DNA of 64,000 nucleotides, taken from the NCBI GenBank assembly GCA_973895155.1, contig OZ316893.1:17676770-17740769 (forward strand). The letters run 5' to 3'. A program made the position numbers and the translations under genes. Below are positions 36,701 to 50,228 of the stretch, one piece after another. The notes under the pieces were generated by a model. The model was not told the origin of the DNA and did not search any database. It saw only the letters and a list, made by a program, of their open reading frames with translations. Each line of letters starts with the position of its first letter. Within the stretch, counting starts at the first letter, position 1. Source of the stretch: Marsupella aquatica (Eukaryota; Plantae; Marchantiophyta).

Positions 36701-37908
36701 GGGAATATTCCCAAAAAATAGAGAGCGTGTTTTTGGCCGTCCGTCAAAGATTCTGTCTGCCAAACGGTAACTTTTTTTGTTTGTCTTTGGCAAGTTGCTA
36801 GCCATCAAAGTTGGCAACGCGGTGCACAAATTGAATTGCATTTCCGACGTTGGGTACTAATTCACTTTTTGGTTATTCCCCGAGGTGGTCAAAACGGGGG
36901 AGAATTCCAAGTTTTATCCACCCCGACCGAAAAGTGAATAACTTTTACGTCGGAGTTCGATTTTGATTCTGGTTTTCAGCATTGGAAAGCTAGGATCATG
37001 GGCTACGTGGCGGTGATAAGTTTTGAGTTTTTGGAGAAGTTGAGAAAACGTCATTTTTTCTTGCATTCTCACATGAGTGATTTGGAGGAGATTTTCGAAG
37101 ACGTGGAGCTTGAAACACGAGGATCACCACGGCAATTTGAGATGGAGAGAGAGGAGCAGGAGGAAGCACACGTGACACCAATACGATCACCGGTACAACG
37201 AGTAGAGGGGATTGTGAAGGAAAAATAAATGGCATCCAGGTTAGGAGGTGTCAAGTTTGAGGTGGAAAAGTATGATGGGCGTACAGACTACTTGCTCTGG
37301 GAGAAGCAAGTGAAAGAAGTTCTTTGTGCTATGGGCCTAGATCATCTTCTTTCTACACGAGAGATGTATGATGATGAGGAGGAGATTCCACTCAAGAGGT
37401 GGAGGCAGGAACAAGTAAATGCGGTGATGCTTTATCTGAAGCCGCATATCATCAAGAAGTTGGATGACTATGCGGATTGTGCATCTCTGTTCAAAGCCCT
37501 AAGGAAGAAATACTATCGGGAGGATGCATCAGACAGATTATACAATAAGTCTCTCTTGATGAGCCTTAGGCTCAAAGAGGGGAACAAACTTCATGATCAC
37601 TTGGATAAATTTGACAGCCTAGCTGTTCCTTGGAATCGAAGCCATTAAATATATTTCAGTCCCCCCGCGAAAAGCCCCACGGGGAGGGCGCACAAACAGA
37701 ACATATTGTTATGGAGCCACTTGAGAGATGAGGAGAGCTTACACTGTGGAGACTTGGTATGGCCGACGGGCTTAGAGTTCAGTAAAGCTCTCTTGTGTGT
37801 TCCCGTGGACATAGCCTCGAGGAGGTGAACCACGTATCTCTTGTGTCGATTACTTGCACGTTGGATGTGTCATGTGCTTACCGTTACGAGTGTCATCTAT
37901 GCTCAACA
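33799..37908 (+). mobile_element. Internally deleted copia relative (copy 3): 343-bp 5' LTR, PBS, UTR with insertion, truncated gag, partial 3' LTR
   Basis: LTR 33799-34141; PBS TGGTATCAGAGC at 34144; gag N-terminus 37074-37625 (KFEVEKYDGRTDYLLWEKQ); 3' LTR remnant ~37705-37908; TSD CAAAC (33794-33798, 37909-37913). Confidence 0.9.
34890..36745. other. Unclassified ~1.9-kb insertion in the copy-3 5' UTR, with a C-rich/GC-rich segment
   Basis: No counterpart in the copy-1 UTR; homology to copy 1 resumes at ~36790; weak end similarity (ACGG..GCCAA..GCTCTC). Confidence 0.45.
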
Positions 37909-37913
37909 CAAAC

Positions 37914-39380
37914 AACACCATCACAACCCTCCAACATGAGAACTCCATAAGCTACCACCTCCCTCATGTGTAGGATACTGTGTCCTACTGTCACATCCAA
38001 CATTGTCCGTGCAGTCTGCTGCAAATAGACATAGTCCCCCATGCCCACATGGAACCTACAAATCAATAACCTCCACCTCGACTGATTGCATATTGCAGTG
38101 TATCTCTATGTTGAGCAATCGCAAGGTTCTCAAAGGCTGTTGGCATAACTCTCCAAAAGAGCTCTGCCATTTGAGAACACACCCTCATCCACATCTCTGG
38201 GTCATCAAGGTTCACCACCTCACTAGACTCTTGATAAATTACAACCAGCAAGTCTGGATCTTGGCCGTACAATAGATTATAAAGTGAGAAGGAAGCCAAG
38301 AATGCTTGATGACTGAACCTATACCCCATGGCCAACATGGCAACTGAATGTCTCAGTCTCCAAGATGCCTTTTTTGTAGGCCATACTTGCACAATCCCCT
38401 CTTCACCATTTGAACAACACGCTCAGCCAAACCATCTGCCTCTGGATGATCTTGAGACGTGGTCTGGTTATTGACCAACACCTTATCACACAAGACCTAA
38501 AACTCACCTTGAAACTCCGTACCCTGGTTGGTCAGCACTTCAATTGGTGCACCAAAATGACTCAACACTCTATCAAGAGACGCATATGTCGTTCTCTCAC
38601 TTGCCTTGTCAGGTAATGCCACCAACTCAATCCACTTGGAGAAGTGCTCCACCATCACTCACACATTCCGATGATGTCGTATAGTCGATAGTAATGGTCC
38701 TGCAAAGTCCACACTCCAACGGTAACCCAACCACATAATAGGCAAGGGGTGTATACGTAACTGTGGTGTGGGGGCATTGAATGATGCCCTCACCCTATCA
38801 CAAAGCACACAACGTGACACCAACTGCTGCACCACGCCACCAATATTGGTCAAGAAGTAAGCTTTAAACCCCACACTTTACTCCAAAATGTCTCAACTCT
38901 TCATGAACCGCATAATGTGCACTCTTTGAGCTAGATGGTCTACCATCCTCCCACACACGTAGAATATGTGTACCCTCCAATCGGTACCTCCTAGCACGTT
39001 GGAGAACATCATCTCGCTCCTTGGCACTCACTATGCTTGGCACCCTATTGGTCTATTAGAACACCAACACCAATACATCATCATGAATATCACCTTGATC
39101 CATACCACCATCTCCAACCTTAGGATTTGGAGATTGGCCATCTATTCTCTGCCGAGAGTAAGATGTCATGTGATCCTCTGTACTCTATCCACCCCAACTA
39201 ACACAAGAAGGCAGATGCATGTCAACCTAATACCATCTCCTCATCAACATCACCATGCCATCTAGCTTCAATCTCATTCTCCTGGCTAGTGCATGGGTTC
39301 CTACTCAACCCATCAGCATCAAAGTTGGCAATTCCATGGCTATGCAAAATGTGAAAGTAGTATTCCCAAATAAGAGTCTA
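37914..39380 (-). pseudogene. Gypsy pol remnant (RNase H end and integrase)
   Basis: VSRCVLCDRVRASFNAPTPQL..PLPIMWLGYRWSVDFAGPL; AMGYRFSHQA; NLAIAQHRDTLQYA..RGGGY. Confidence 0.85.
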
Positions 39381-39614
39381 TAGTGCAAGCTTCTCATGCT
39401 AATAAAGAAAAACATACCTACTAAAAACAAAGAAATTAAAGGAATTGAAATAAATTACTAAAGTGGAAATAATGCATGTGAGAAGTATAGAATAAACTAA
39501 ATTAATATAAAAAATATTGCAAACAATTTGAATAAGAGTAGTCATACCATGTTCCTCCATATAGCAGCTTCAAACCATTGTATTAGGTGAAGTGCCCTAA
39601 ACCTTTTGTTCCCA

Positions 39615-39795
39615 AAGCTTGGCCTCAAATTGGAACTACCCCATACTTTGGATTAGGACAATGGTAATTAAATTCCAGATCTGATGCTTTGGATTCCTCC
39701 ACCAAGCTTGGCCTCGAATTGGAACTACCCCATACTTTGGAATCAGGACAATGGTAATTAAATTCCAGATCTCTGATGCTTTGGATTCCTCCACG
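39615..39795. repeat. ~90-bp tandem duplication
   Basis: AAGCTTGGCCTC.AATTGGAACTACCCCATACTTTGGA...TTTGGATTCCTCCAC present twice. Confidence 0.9.
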
Positions 39796-40631
39796 AGTAA
39801 ACGAAGGGAATCCAACCTTACATCTCAAGCACGCCAAGACAGAAAAAACCTCACTTCATGACAAATGAGAGCAAACAGCTCCCAAGAAACTGCAATCAAA
39901 CCTCTCATAGTGACCAGACACCCTGCCTCACCTTCCCATAGAGGAAGCAGGTCCACCTTGGCGTATTGTATCATTCTGCTGAGCTACAATCCCATGCTTT
40001 AGACATTTGATGAACAATGTCGATGCCAGGAACAGAAAATGGGACCCTCAGCAATTCCTTGCAATTAACTCAAGAAGTAAGAGTACGTAGGCTTTCCCGT
40101 AAACAGTTAATCGTCTAAGGTAGGAAAGTATGATGACTTTTCATTTCAGTATCGAAGGGTTCGGAAACAATTAATATATAAGTGCTAGTAAAACCTCACC
40201 AAAATAACCTCGCTGTGTAGAACATCTTAGCGTCCAGGTATTCTAGGATATGTACATGAAGGTGCAGAAAAAACACTTTCCATCGTAGTGTACCACAGTC
40301 ACAACGAGCGCGCAAATAATCTGCGTCTTTCAAGCGCATAGCCCCTTGGGACACTCTGGTCTTCTCGCATTGGCCAGAGGACAGAAATGAAGATAACTAG
40401 ACTTCGTGGATATCGTGGAACGTCCATCTTGTCAACAAGGTGGATGTTTTATTGCCCGTATAAGTTTCATAAAATACATCATATTCAGAAGATGCAAACA
40501 TGGGTTACGGTACAAGGCGGGTCGACTCCTAAGGTCGGCTAACGGACCACGGCAGTGCTACCCAAGAGTTGACTCAAAACTGAAATTGTATATTTTACTG
40601 TAAATGGAAGAGGGTCGGGAGAGAACAAATG

Positions 40632-43600
40632 CTATTGCTCCCCGGTGCTTCCACTGCTGCTACCACAACCACCACTTTTCAGAGTCCCTCCCTCGACGCG
40701 AACGGTCAACTTAATTGCATGGCCCCCCGTGGACCTCATTACTTCCAGGCACTCTTCCAAGTCTGCATCGCAAGACAGTAACACCCATTCATCATCATCA
40801 TCACAATACTTCAGACTCACGGCCTGCGCATGTAGCTTCAACCGGCTGGCCACCTCGTCTCGTACGTCCTGGTATCCAGAGCTCGGAAGGAGCTTAAACC
40901 TCACAGTATCTGATTCGTATGTAGCCTTGACTATGGTCGAACTCTCCTCGAGCCCAGATGGAGAAGTCTTGTGGTGCGAGCCAACTCCAGAAGATGGAGA
41001 GCCGCAGTCACTTCCTCGGGCAGAGGAACTAAGATTATGTGACGATCCTCCATCCACACCTGAAGAACTATGGTTCTGGCCATCTTCTACATCCTCATTT
41101 CCAGTGCTTATATATAGAGCTCTGTAATCGCTTGCTAAACCTGCAAATCCTAATCGACTGCTACCCAAACTCTTCTCATCGCCATTTCCACCCCGCAAAG
41201 CTGAGAATGCAGCACCACCTCCATGTACTCGGTCCTCACCTGAATGGGACTTACTCCTCGGAAAGCTTGTGCTATCCGATTTTAAGGTAACCCCGCGAGT
41301 GGCTTGAACCTGGCTGCAATCATCCTCCCTTGCAACATGCTGCACAGGTTGAGAGAGGCCCGTACCAGAAGATTCGAACGCTGCAGTTCCTCCTACGCTG
41401 CCCGCATCTCCACCATTCCCACTAACCAGTATATCGGAATTGACAGCATCCGCGCCAAGGGGAATCTTACCGCCAGTTTTAGATGAACCAGGAGAGACCA
41501 CCTTGCTATGCCAAGAAGGTACGGCTTTAATAGCTTCCTCCCTCCCAGCCTGACCTTCCACGGAGGAGGGCCTTGTCTGTTCAGTTCCTCCTACACCAGC
41601 TGTGCGACTAGCTCCACCAGACGCGGGGGTAGTAGCCCAAGACACAGTCCAATTGTTCCTCGTCCCAACACCACTTTCTTGACCCAACTGCACCCCGCTC
41701 ACAGCAGCTGCTGCGGCGGCAGCGGCAGATGCAAGGTCAGCGTTGATCCTCAGTGCACCTTCGGCACATTGGACAGAATCGATCACCCCTTGCAGCTTCT
41801 TCAACGACCTGCTCACCTTATTAATTTTGCGGGACGGCCATCTCGATATACCATGCTGGCGGCATATTCTTTTCAACGTAGTAGGGCATACTGCACACAA
41901 GGACGAGTGTTAGGCCGCACAAAACCACAATCATGTAGCGCCCCAACCCTCTCACAGTCTTCTAATTCCCACAAACCATAGAAAGAAGACCCCTATCAAA
42001 TACGGAAGTATGTTCGACAAACAGGCTTGAGGTAACTTCAGTCGCAGAATTCAATGTCCATGAGACCTGTTCGTACATTGAAATTCGTCGGAGTCAAGTA
42101 TGTAGAAAATTTCAAACCAGCAATCCCTGGATGCTTGAAGGCTCAAACAATTGGGACACCTATTCGTACATTGAGATTCGTCGGAGTTAAATATGTAGAA
42201 AATTTCAAGCCAGCAATCCCTGGATGCTTGAAGGCTATAAAACAATTGGGACACCTATTCGTACATTGAAATTCGTCGGAGTCAAATATGTAGAAAATTC
42301 CAAGCCAGCAATCCCTGGATGCTTGAAGGCTAAAACAATTGGTACAGCTTTCCATTATAGAAATGGAAGCGCATAGAAGGACTAAGAGTGAATCGTGACA
42401 GCATCACACGTAAATTATTGGAATTTGTTCATCCTTGCACAAACTATTCCATTTGCATCAAAATGATGTTATCAGATCAGACCATGAACATGATGGGTTG
42501 GGTGAATTTAACGTAATATTACTATCGTACAATAATACTCCACATAATCCGTACCACACTACCGTCCTAACGATCGGTTCTGCTCAAGGCTGTGCGCGAG
42601 TAAGAACTTTTAGAGCGACGCACAATCTCAGCTGTCAGGCCAGACAACGATCGGCTGAGATGAAACGTTTCTCCAGATCCTAAACCCTGGATTTTAGTAT
42701 TCCAAGATAATAAAAATTTAAAAATTACTACGGCACCGCACCAGTCGAGAAGAAACAGTTTGGCTGAATCAGCCACGTGTCCCTGGATGTGGTTTCTCAC
42801 CAACCGGCATTTTCAGCAAACTACGTTCCCAGACCCTGCGGACTTCTGCTCAAGGGATATGTGCAGAGTATCGCTGGTGATAGCCCAAGGTAGATATGGT
42901 GTGAAGGTTCGATGGCCCTCATAACAGTACCCATCTATAATTGCGCAGGATCAACAAAACCTCTGGAGATCGGACGGGCCAATATACCTCTGATAGCGAG
43001 CACAGAAGGAGAATTGGTCTGGCGTAGGAAAGAAGGGTAAAATACCGATGGTAATGCGTAACCCGGTGGGTAGGCCTCTAGGCAAAAGATCACAGTACTT
43101 TCATCCGGTATATATGACATTCCGATTGTACTTGTGCCTCCCAGAAAAACCGCAAGAGCAAATCTCTGGAAATGAGAACAGAATGGTCCCCGCAGACGCG
43201 TCAAGAAAGGGAATATCGGTGACAAAGGGGAACCCAGTAGGTAATAAGCCCTACCACAGGAATTTCGTTCACAGTTTAGATGATTCTGCCTAAAGAGAGC
43301 CGTCAATGCGAGCAGCCTTAATGTTTGAAAGGCTTACAAGGACCCATAATAGTGTCCTAGTGTACAGAATTTTGGTCAATGCTCACCAGGGGTTCAAACC
43401 CTACCACCCTGGTCATGCTAGCGGAGTTCACGACGTAAACCCGAGTACGTCACTGACCCAAATTTCCTCAACGAGCCAATTTCAGAATGCCAATTGACAT
43501 TAACTAAACGAAGGTCTGAAGTTCACCAACATTACTTGCCAGAAATTCCACTTTGCCTGGCATGAAATCTTGCCGTAGGCCACGATAAATAAAAGCGGTA

Positions 43601-46512
43601 CAAGGTAACTCACCACCAATGCTCTTGGCTGCATCCTTGAGGCTGCCTGCAAAGTATTGCTGTAAAACGTTCAAACCAATAGTTTTTTCATTTGTTCCTC
43701 GCCTTCTCTCTAGCCTCCTCTTCATACCCGATCCTTCATGACCGGCCCCCACGACACCGGGAGCATCCTGTTGCTGGTATGGATGCGATCGCCAGGGTTC
43801 ATGTGTCTCCGGGTCTCCAAACGTTGTTTCTGGAGAGGAGTGGTGATTCTGTGAAGCATTTGACCGCTGAAGTACGTCCTCTAGCTGTTGGCGTTCAATG
43901 ACCGTGGTATCCTGTGGAATATTCAGGTCATTGGTTTGGGGAGACCCCGTTGAGATCAGCTCTTCATCTGGCTTTGGTTCGACAGCTTCTTTTCTTCCAG
44001 GGTCATTCTTTTCCTCTTCGATCTCCTTCGCTGTAACTGTCCTCAGGCTTCTACAAACACGTTGCATTGTGATAGAGAGGGCATTTAGTAAAGACTGCTG
44101 CTCACTACCGTCAACACAGGTAGGTGGAAGGAAGAACTCAAGCACATAATCGTCACTTCCAGTGTGGATACTACGGAGTCGGATCGCGACAGCTGCGCTT
44201 AAGCGAAACATCCTGGCGTAGTGACCGAGTGGATACTGAAGTTTTGAGTAGTTCTTCACGTCACTTTCGAAGACGGGCTGGTTAGATGAAAATGCCTTCC
44301 CAGGCACACCCTGATTCCTCTCAAGAATTTGCTCCGAGCAAGCCCGGCGGAAGCCCCACATCTGAGTATCTGCTACATAGCAAGGTCCGTTGGCTGCGTG
44401 TAGGACCACTCGGGGTTCTCCCGAGGCTGCAGCTGCCACACCCTGGCTTGCACTCATAGTCGGACCCCCGTCACTCGTTCGGAGACCCCCCAGTCTACCG
44501 TCTGTCCACGATGGCACCCAGGTTTGGGCCAACGGCAGTTTATGCGTCTCACAAACAGCTGTCAGCACTTCCAATATCTCGCCCGTAGCTGTGTGGCGAC
44601 CTTCAGTCTTGATCTAAACCCCAAGAAACAAAACGAGAAAAATAAGACCACTCACTAACCATCACCTCGACCATCACAACGACATGAACACAGCACACAT
44701 ACCACACTTCACAAGTCAGTATCTCCGACATCGTGACTTGCCACCGTCTGGTAGAAGGGGTCAACAGACAAAGTTATGGAATACCACAGAAACCTCAGTC
44801 CTGCCTAACCGGAAACGTAGGAAGGACGATCACACCAGCAACACTAGATTTTTGAAAACTTGGGACAACTGACACATCCGAGATACCAGCAATTATAGGG
44901 TCGAGAGGATGCGGAAAAAAGTAAACTTCGAGGAACTTACCTCTCGAGGCGGTACTATACATCCAGTAGTAGAAAGATTGACCGCCTGAAAACCCCCATA
45001 AAAACCGTTAGCGACAGAAACTTGCACACACCCGCATACCACTATACAACATCAAAATCGAAAGACAAGGAGCCAGAATATTTAGGACAAGGCAATGCCT
45101 ACCTTGAGAGCGCGGCAGATGATGTCTATTTCAGGGCCGTATTCAACTTTCTCCGACTTCATAATAAGTTCTATTACAGCCAAGCAAGTTCTGGAGCTTT
45201 CTTCAAACACTGGCACAGCTAGGGTGCCCCTAATTGAACATTGCTCAGCGTAACTCGCTCTGAGAAACTCATGTGAGTTATAGTAGAGCACATTCGGCGA
45301 CCACTCAGGTGCCCTCGTCAAATATACTCGTCCTGGTAGACCAGGATATTCTGAAGATCCTTTCTCCGTAGGGAACACGAAATTCGCAGAAACGTTGCGA
45401 TAGAGGTAGAGCCGGTCGTCATTTGGAGTGCAGAAAAACGGCTGGTCACGGGTGCTCAGAATCAACTTGCTTCCGTGAGTGGTGGGCACCCAAATTTGAG
45501 TCAGGGTTCCCCCTCCAGTTGAAGCATTTATAACTCGCAATGACTGCGTCACGCGCTCTCTGAGAGTCTCCTCGTTCACCTGACTTCCGCCACCTTCCTG
45601 ACCAATCTCTTCTCCGCTATTTAAGTTGCTGTTGAGTGAAGCCTGCTTTCCGACAGAAAGCAGCTCATTCCCGGCGGTAGCACCCAAAATCTCCAAAAAT
45701 TCGTCTGATTGTTCTTCTTCTACAGGTGCTCCGGACTTTTCACCAGCGTCTCTTTCATAGACCGGACTTTCACCAAGACCTCTACATCCAAGTAACGACT
45801 CCTCGGTCACTCTCTGGTCTCCATCTAAGTTACGATCTTTGGAACGTTGGGCTGCTTCTTCATCAATAATGCTGTTGTGTGAACCTGGGTCGCCAACACC
45901 ACCAGGAAAGGAAAGCCCCAAAGTAGCAGAGTTGCTCAGGAAACTTAAGCTTGTAGGAGAGAAGTAGGGGGGAGAGAAATCGGTAGTTCCCCCAGCAGCT
46001 GCAGCTGCAGCAGCAACCTTCAAGGCTATGCTCACTCCTCCAGCAGTCGGAGTCCTGTTGTTGTTCGTGGATGCTATACTGGATGAGACCAACCGTCGAA
46101 GGTCCTCCGAACTCTCGGACGATCGCGGAAGGCCCGAAATATGAAAGGCATCTCCTCTGTATCCTTGCGGGTTGGTGACGGAATTCACCGTGTACAATAG
46201 CGGGGATGGAGAAGCAGGAGACAGGCTCATGGACGGCGAAGAGGAAGTGGAGAATGGGAAGAAGAAATCTGAACCGGGCGAAGAAGCGTTAGGCCACGGC
46301 GAGTCTGACATCATTTGATCTGCTAGAGGATCCAGTTCCATGAGTTCCGTTAAAAGAGAATCGTCCATCATGAACTTGGATTCTGCGGGTGACCCTGCCA
46401 TTACAGGAGACAAAGAAAACGGCCCTCCCGTCCCCGTCGCATTCTCCAAGGACCGCCATCTCTGCATCGCTTGCTGAATTTTTTCGTTCGAAATCGCCTC
46501 AGTAGCGGCCAT
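40632..46512 (-). CDS. NLP: NIN-like protein (RWP-RK + PB1 transcription factor), 4 coding exons, ~1237 aa
   Basis: Exons 46512-45103, 44985-44941, 44613-43614 and 41890-40632 with GT-AG introns total 3714 nt in frame. Motifs: [69 protein letters not shown], and PB1 [12 protein letters not shown]...[22 protein letters not shown]. Confidence 0.96.
42060..42342. repeat. Three ~90-bp tandem repeats in NLP intron 3
   Basis: TTCGTACATTGA.ATTCGTCGGAGT.AA.TATGTAGAAAATT.CAA.CCAGCAATCCCTGGATGCTTGAAGGCT x3. Confidence 0.93.
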
Positions 46513-47429
46513 CCTTGACTGAGACTCTCTACAATTTGACGCACGCCCACTGAGACGCAGAAATCAAATATCGGTAGTAGCAAGCTTAATTGTGTTCTCG
46601 ATGGCCCAAAACGCAAGCAAACTTGCACCGGACGATCCCAATCGATCTACTCCGTATTTAAGGAAGAGTCCTGCTCAAAGGCATCGCGAGTCGGCGACAA
46701 CTCATCAGAATCTGTTCATTCTACAAGATTTTCTGCGTCGATAACTGGCGCCTATCGAATCAGATAGTTGATGACACAATTTCATGTGCAGAACGTCGTG
46801 AAAGAAGAACAAGCGAAGACCAAGCATTTCAACCATGCACCAAGAAAACAAGCCCTGATCATAGTAGACAAACATCTCCTGACGCAAGGAAGGAGAACTC
46901 CCTCGACTTGGAGCGAATCGTTAGTGATGTAGTTTCCTAAGAAACCTAAGGCAATGGATGAAGACTTAAAATATTTGAAGACTTAAAAAGGAAGACGACT
47001 GACCTGGACAGCCGCGTTGCTCGAAGGTGCGCTGGACCAAGCAAGATTATTTGGCATCTCCCGAATGTCGATGTACCTGCTGTAGCCGATTGACTGATCA
47101 ATGCAACTCTGCTTCGATATCAGTCTCGACCTTTGAGAAATGAACTCCAAAGTTTCCTAAGACAACAGGAAAAGGAACACTAGAAGACCCCCAAGGCCCG
47201 CACAACCTTTTCAGCCAACCTTTTCTTATCCAGAAAGAGCCTCCTCAAGGGCAAAGCTTTGTGACAAACAGTTCCCGACAGCATCCCCTGTGTGATAAAA
47301 GTGTCATCAGCGTACTACGTCCTCCTGAATCCCTACCGGAAGCCGTACAGAACATCGTGGGTCAAATCCAAGCTGCTGCTCACACTGTTCTCTCCACCAA
47401 GGTATACGATAAGATGTTAAATGTGCTTC

Positions 47430-47823
47430 TGTCCTGTGTAGTTTCACCAACAAACCCACTCACACTAGCTGAAGTCGTCCAACAAAATCCCTGTACCTGA
47501 GTCCAGTCACAGCCTTCGTGTGATACCCTTCTGTGTGACCGAGTGAGAGCACCTCTCAGAGTCTTCGGTACATGCATACACCGAACCTGAATAGTTTCGC
47601 CAACAAACCAACTCAAACTAGCTGCAGTCGTCGCAGAAAATCCCTCTACCCTGAGTCCAAACACATGCTTCGTCTAATGTACTTCTTTGTGACGGAGTAG
47701 AGAGCACCTCTCCGACTCTTCGGTACACACATACAGCGATCCTCTGTACTTCCGCCAACAAACCAACTCACTCTAGCTGAAGTATTCGAAAAAAATCCCT
47801 CTACCCTGAGTCCAGTCACAGAC
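47430..47823. repeat. Three diverged ~155-bp tandem repeats upstream of the NLP start (5' UTR intron or promoter)
   Basis: CCAACAAACC.ACTCA..CTAGCTG.AGT...AAATCCCT.TACC(C)TGAGTCCA at ~47447, 47599 and 47755. Confidence 0.85.
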
Positions 47824-50228
47824 TTGTCCGTCTGAAGAGCACGGCATCAAAGAAACTTCCTCAATCTCTTCAGTACCCGTCCGTAATGAAGCAGTCTACT
47901 GGTGCGAGTACATGCATACAATATCCTCGAATTGAGATATCGGTTCCTTCTTCTAAAGCAACTGAATTAACTTCGCTACGCTTCACTTCATTAATCCGAA
48001 AGTTGATGTCTCCCAACGAGCGGCTAGTTCGCCGCTGCAGCACTCTTCGTAGCTTCACAAACCGTTTGAAGGCCTTTTAGACGAGAAAGCCTAGCACCAC
48101 GTTGCCTAGTGTGCACCACAGGAAAATGCTTCGTAAGAAGAGAGGACAAAAGGCTGACGACCCTCCGCTCGCTTCGGCCCCGGAGGCACAGGAGAGTTGA
48201 AGATAAGCATAAAAGGAAATTATGAAAGTTACTTCGCAAGGACTCATCCAGGAGGAAGACGAGGGAGTGACTTCAGTTGATTACAGAAATCACGGACCTT
48301 TTTGGGACTCCAGTACCCGACTACAACATTCCGACGGAGGAGATATGGAGACAGCAACGAACAGAGCCTTCCGTTGTACAGGACAGCAATGTTCTAATCG
48401 AAGCTCGTTCCAGCCCCTTCTTTTGTTATCCCACAGTATTATGTAGAGCACCAAGATCCGTAAAATTTATCAAAAGTACGGGCTGCAATCAAGTAAATTA
48501 ATTTCGACCAAACCACGGTTCTTCCTGGGGAGTTTCCTTCGGCCCCCCGGTAGGCAAGTGCAGGTGGCCGTCCGCCGTCTTTTATTGGCACGGGACTTGT
48601 CGGACTCACGAGCTACAGTATCCGAGCAGGTATGGTACGTCTTTCCTACACTACAAAGGATTGTACTCGCTTGCGTGCATTTTTGTGCAAAATCAAAGCG
48701 AGGTTTGGAAAATCCGTCCTTAGACTCTGATGTTATCTCATCCTTATCTCTTCGCACCTTTCACCCCGTCAAACATGTAAGCTACCATATGCCTACAATG
48801 TTTCGGGGTGCTCCGGTATGCGTGGCTGTTGGAGAATTTTGTTAGTTCACCATAGGTGTAATCTGGATTGCGAAACGCAAACATGAAAGTTTCTTTTAAG
48901 TCGCTTCTGGGCTCTCCCGATCCGACCGCCAAATTCTTTCACGGCCGTCGATGTTCTCCAGGAGTGATTTGCAGAGTTTTCACATGTTGGTTCCGTAAGG
49001 CCGGTTGCCTTCGTCTTTACTGCTGCAAGCTTATTGATAGTGAGCGCTCTTGAGTTGTTGCAGTTGTCTATTCACATTGGTAACCTAACCCTTCTTGGGT
49101 GCCAAATAATCCTTATGCGTCCTAACCACATCATCAACCTCCTTCTTCCTTTTTTTTGGGAGAAAATTAAATTCTTGATTGGCAGCAGTAGGGCATTTCT
49201 CAAGCAATTGTCTTATAGAGTGATTTCCGGACCCCTCTAGTACAACATGTAATTCTTGTTTATCTTAATTTATTTTCTCTCACTACAAACATTAAAGTTT
49301 GCATTTTGCCCCAGAATAAGCAATGTAGGAAAAAATTCCAAGACAACAGTTGTAAATTGGTGAATATGAAGTGTGAAAATTCTACGGCAATAGCTGAAAT
49401 TAGCAAAATTGTCAAATTTCAAGAATCTGTGTACAATTAAACTGACTTCTTATGAATCCAAAAAATTGAACATGCTTTTAACAGAACAGCAAATTATACA
49501 CAGTTGGTATGAATATGAGGTCTATTTGTATTTATCAAGGTAACAAATCCAAGACTCCGTGTGAAACTGAACCCCAAATTGTATATGCAGTTCTCCGAGC
49601 AGAGTAACCCCTTTCCCCTCTCTCTTCTTTACTTCCCATTTCCTTCCCACAAGTAACAAAAATTATACATTGAATATATTCATTTGTATTATTCTCTCTC
49701 TCCGCTATATATCTTTCATGAACATTGAATGAAAGAAGATAGATACTCTCTTACTTGGTGTTTCAACCTTCTTCATTACATCAATTTCAAGGGGATCTTG
49801 GTTCATTCTTGACCTTCAAAAGGCTCTTCCTCAACAAAGTTGCCCTACCTTTCCCTGCATTAACATATACTTGTGCAGACTCTATCTCTTCATCATCAAA
49901 TAACACAATTATGTCTACATACCTCATCTTCTCCTTTTTTTTCTAGACATTGGAGAATGCATTGTAGCCAATACATCAATAGTCTCCAAATAATTATAGT
50001 TAGAAAATGGCTACTTGTCAACCAATGATACAAATTCACCCAACGAATCACCAAAAAGTCACTCCTAAGGAATCTTGCTCTTTACAAACACATCATTAAA
50101 ACGAACAGATTTTAGTTCCACCTTTGGCCTCTTGAAAGAGCTCTTTGTATAAGATCCCTGTGTCATAGTGCTAGGTTCAAGCAATCCTCATTTGTTGACT
50201 CAGAATAATACCTGGCAGAATCACCAGT

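Larger units (their letters stand above)
26357..39380 (-). mobile_element. Degenerate Ty3/gypsy element (pol remnant, PPT, 3' LTR) acting as host for nested insertions
   Basis: Integrase/RNase H remnants at 37914-39380; PPT (plus-strand TTGCCCCCCT) at ~33391-33400; LTR starts TGTGGTA at 33388 and continues at 26915 on the other side of the MITE. Confidence 0.7.

Noticed and set aside
40645-41981. Plus-strand ORFs antisense to NLP exon 4
   Set aside because: Shadow ORFs of the real coding strand.
49215-49245. Helitron-like 3' end (CTAGT after a GC patch)
   Set aside because: No convincing hairpin and no 5' TC end identified.
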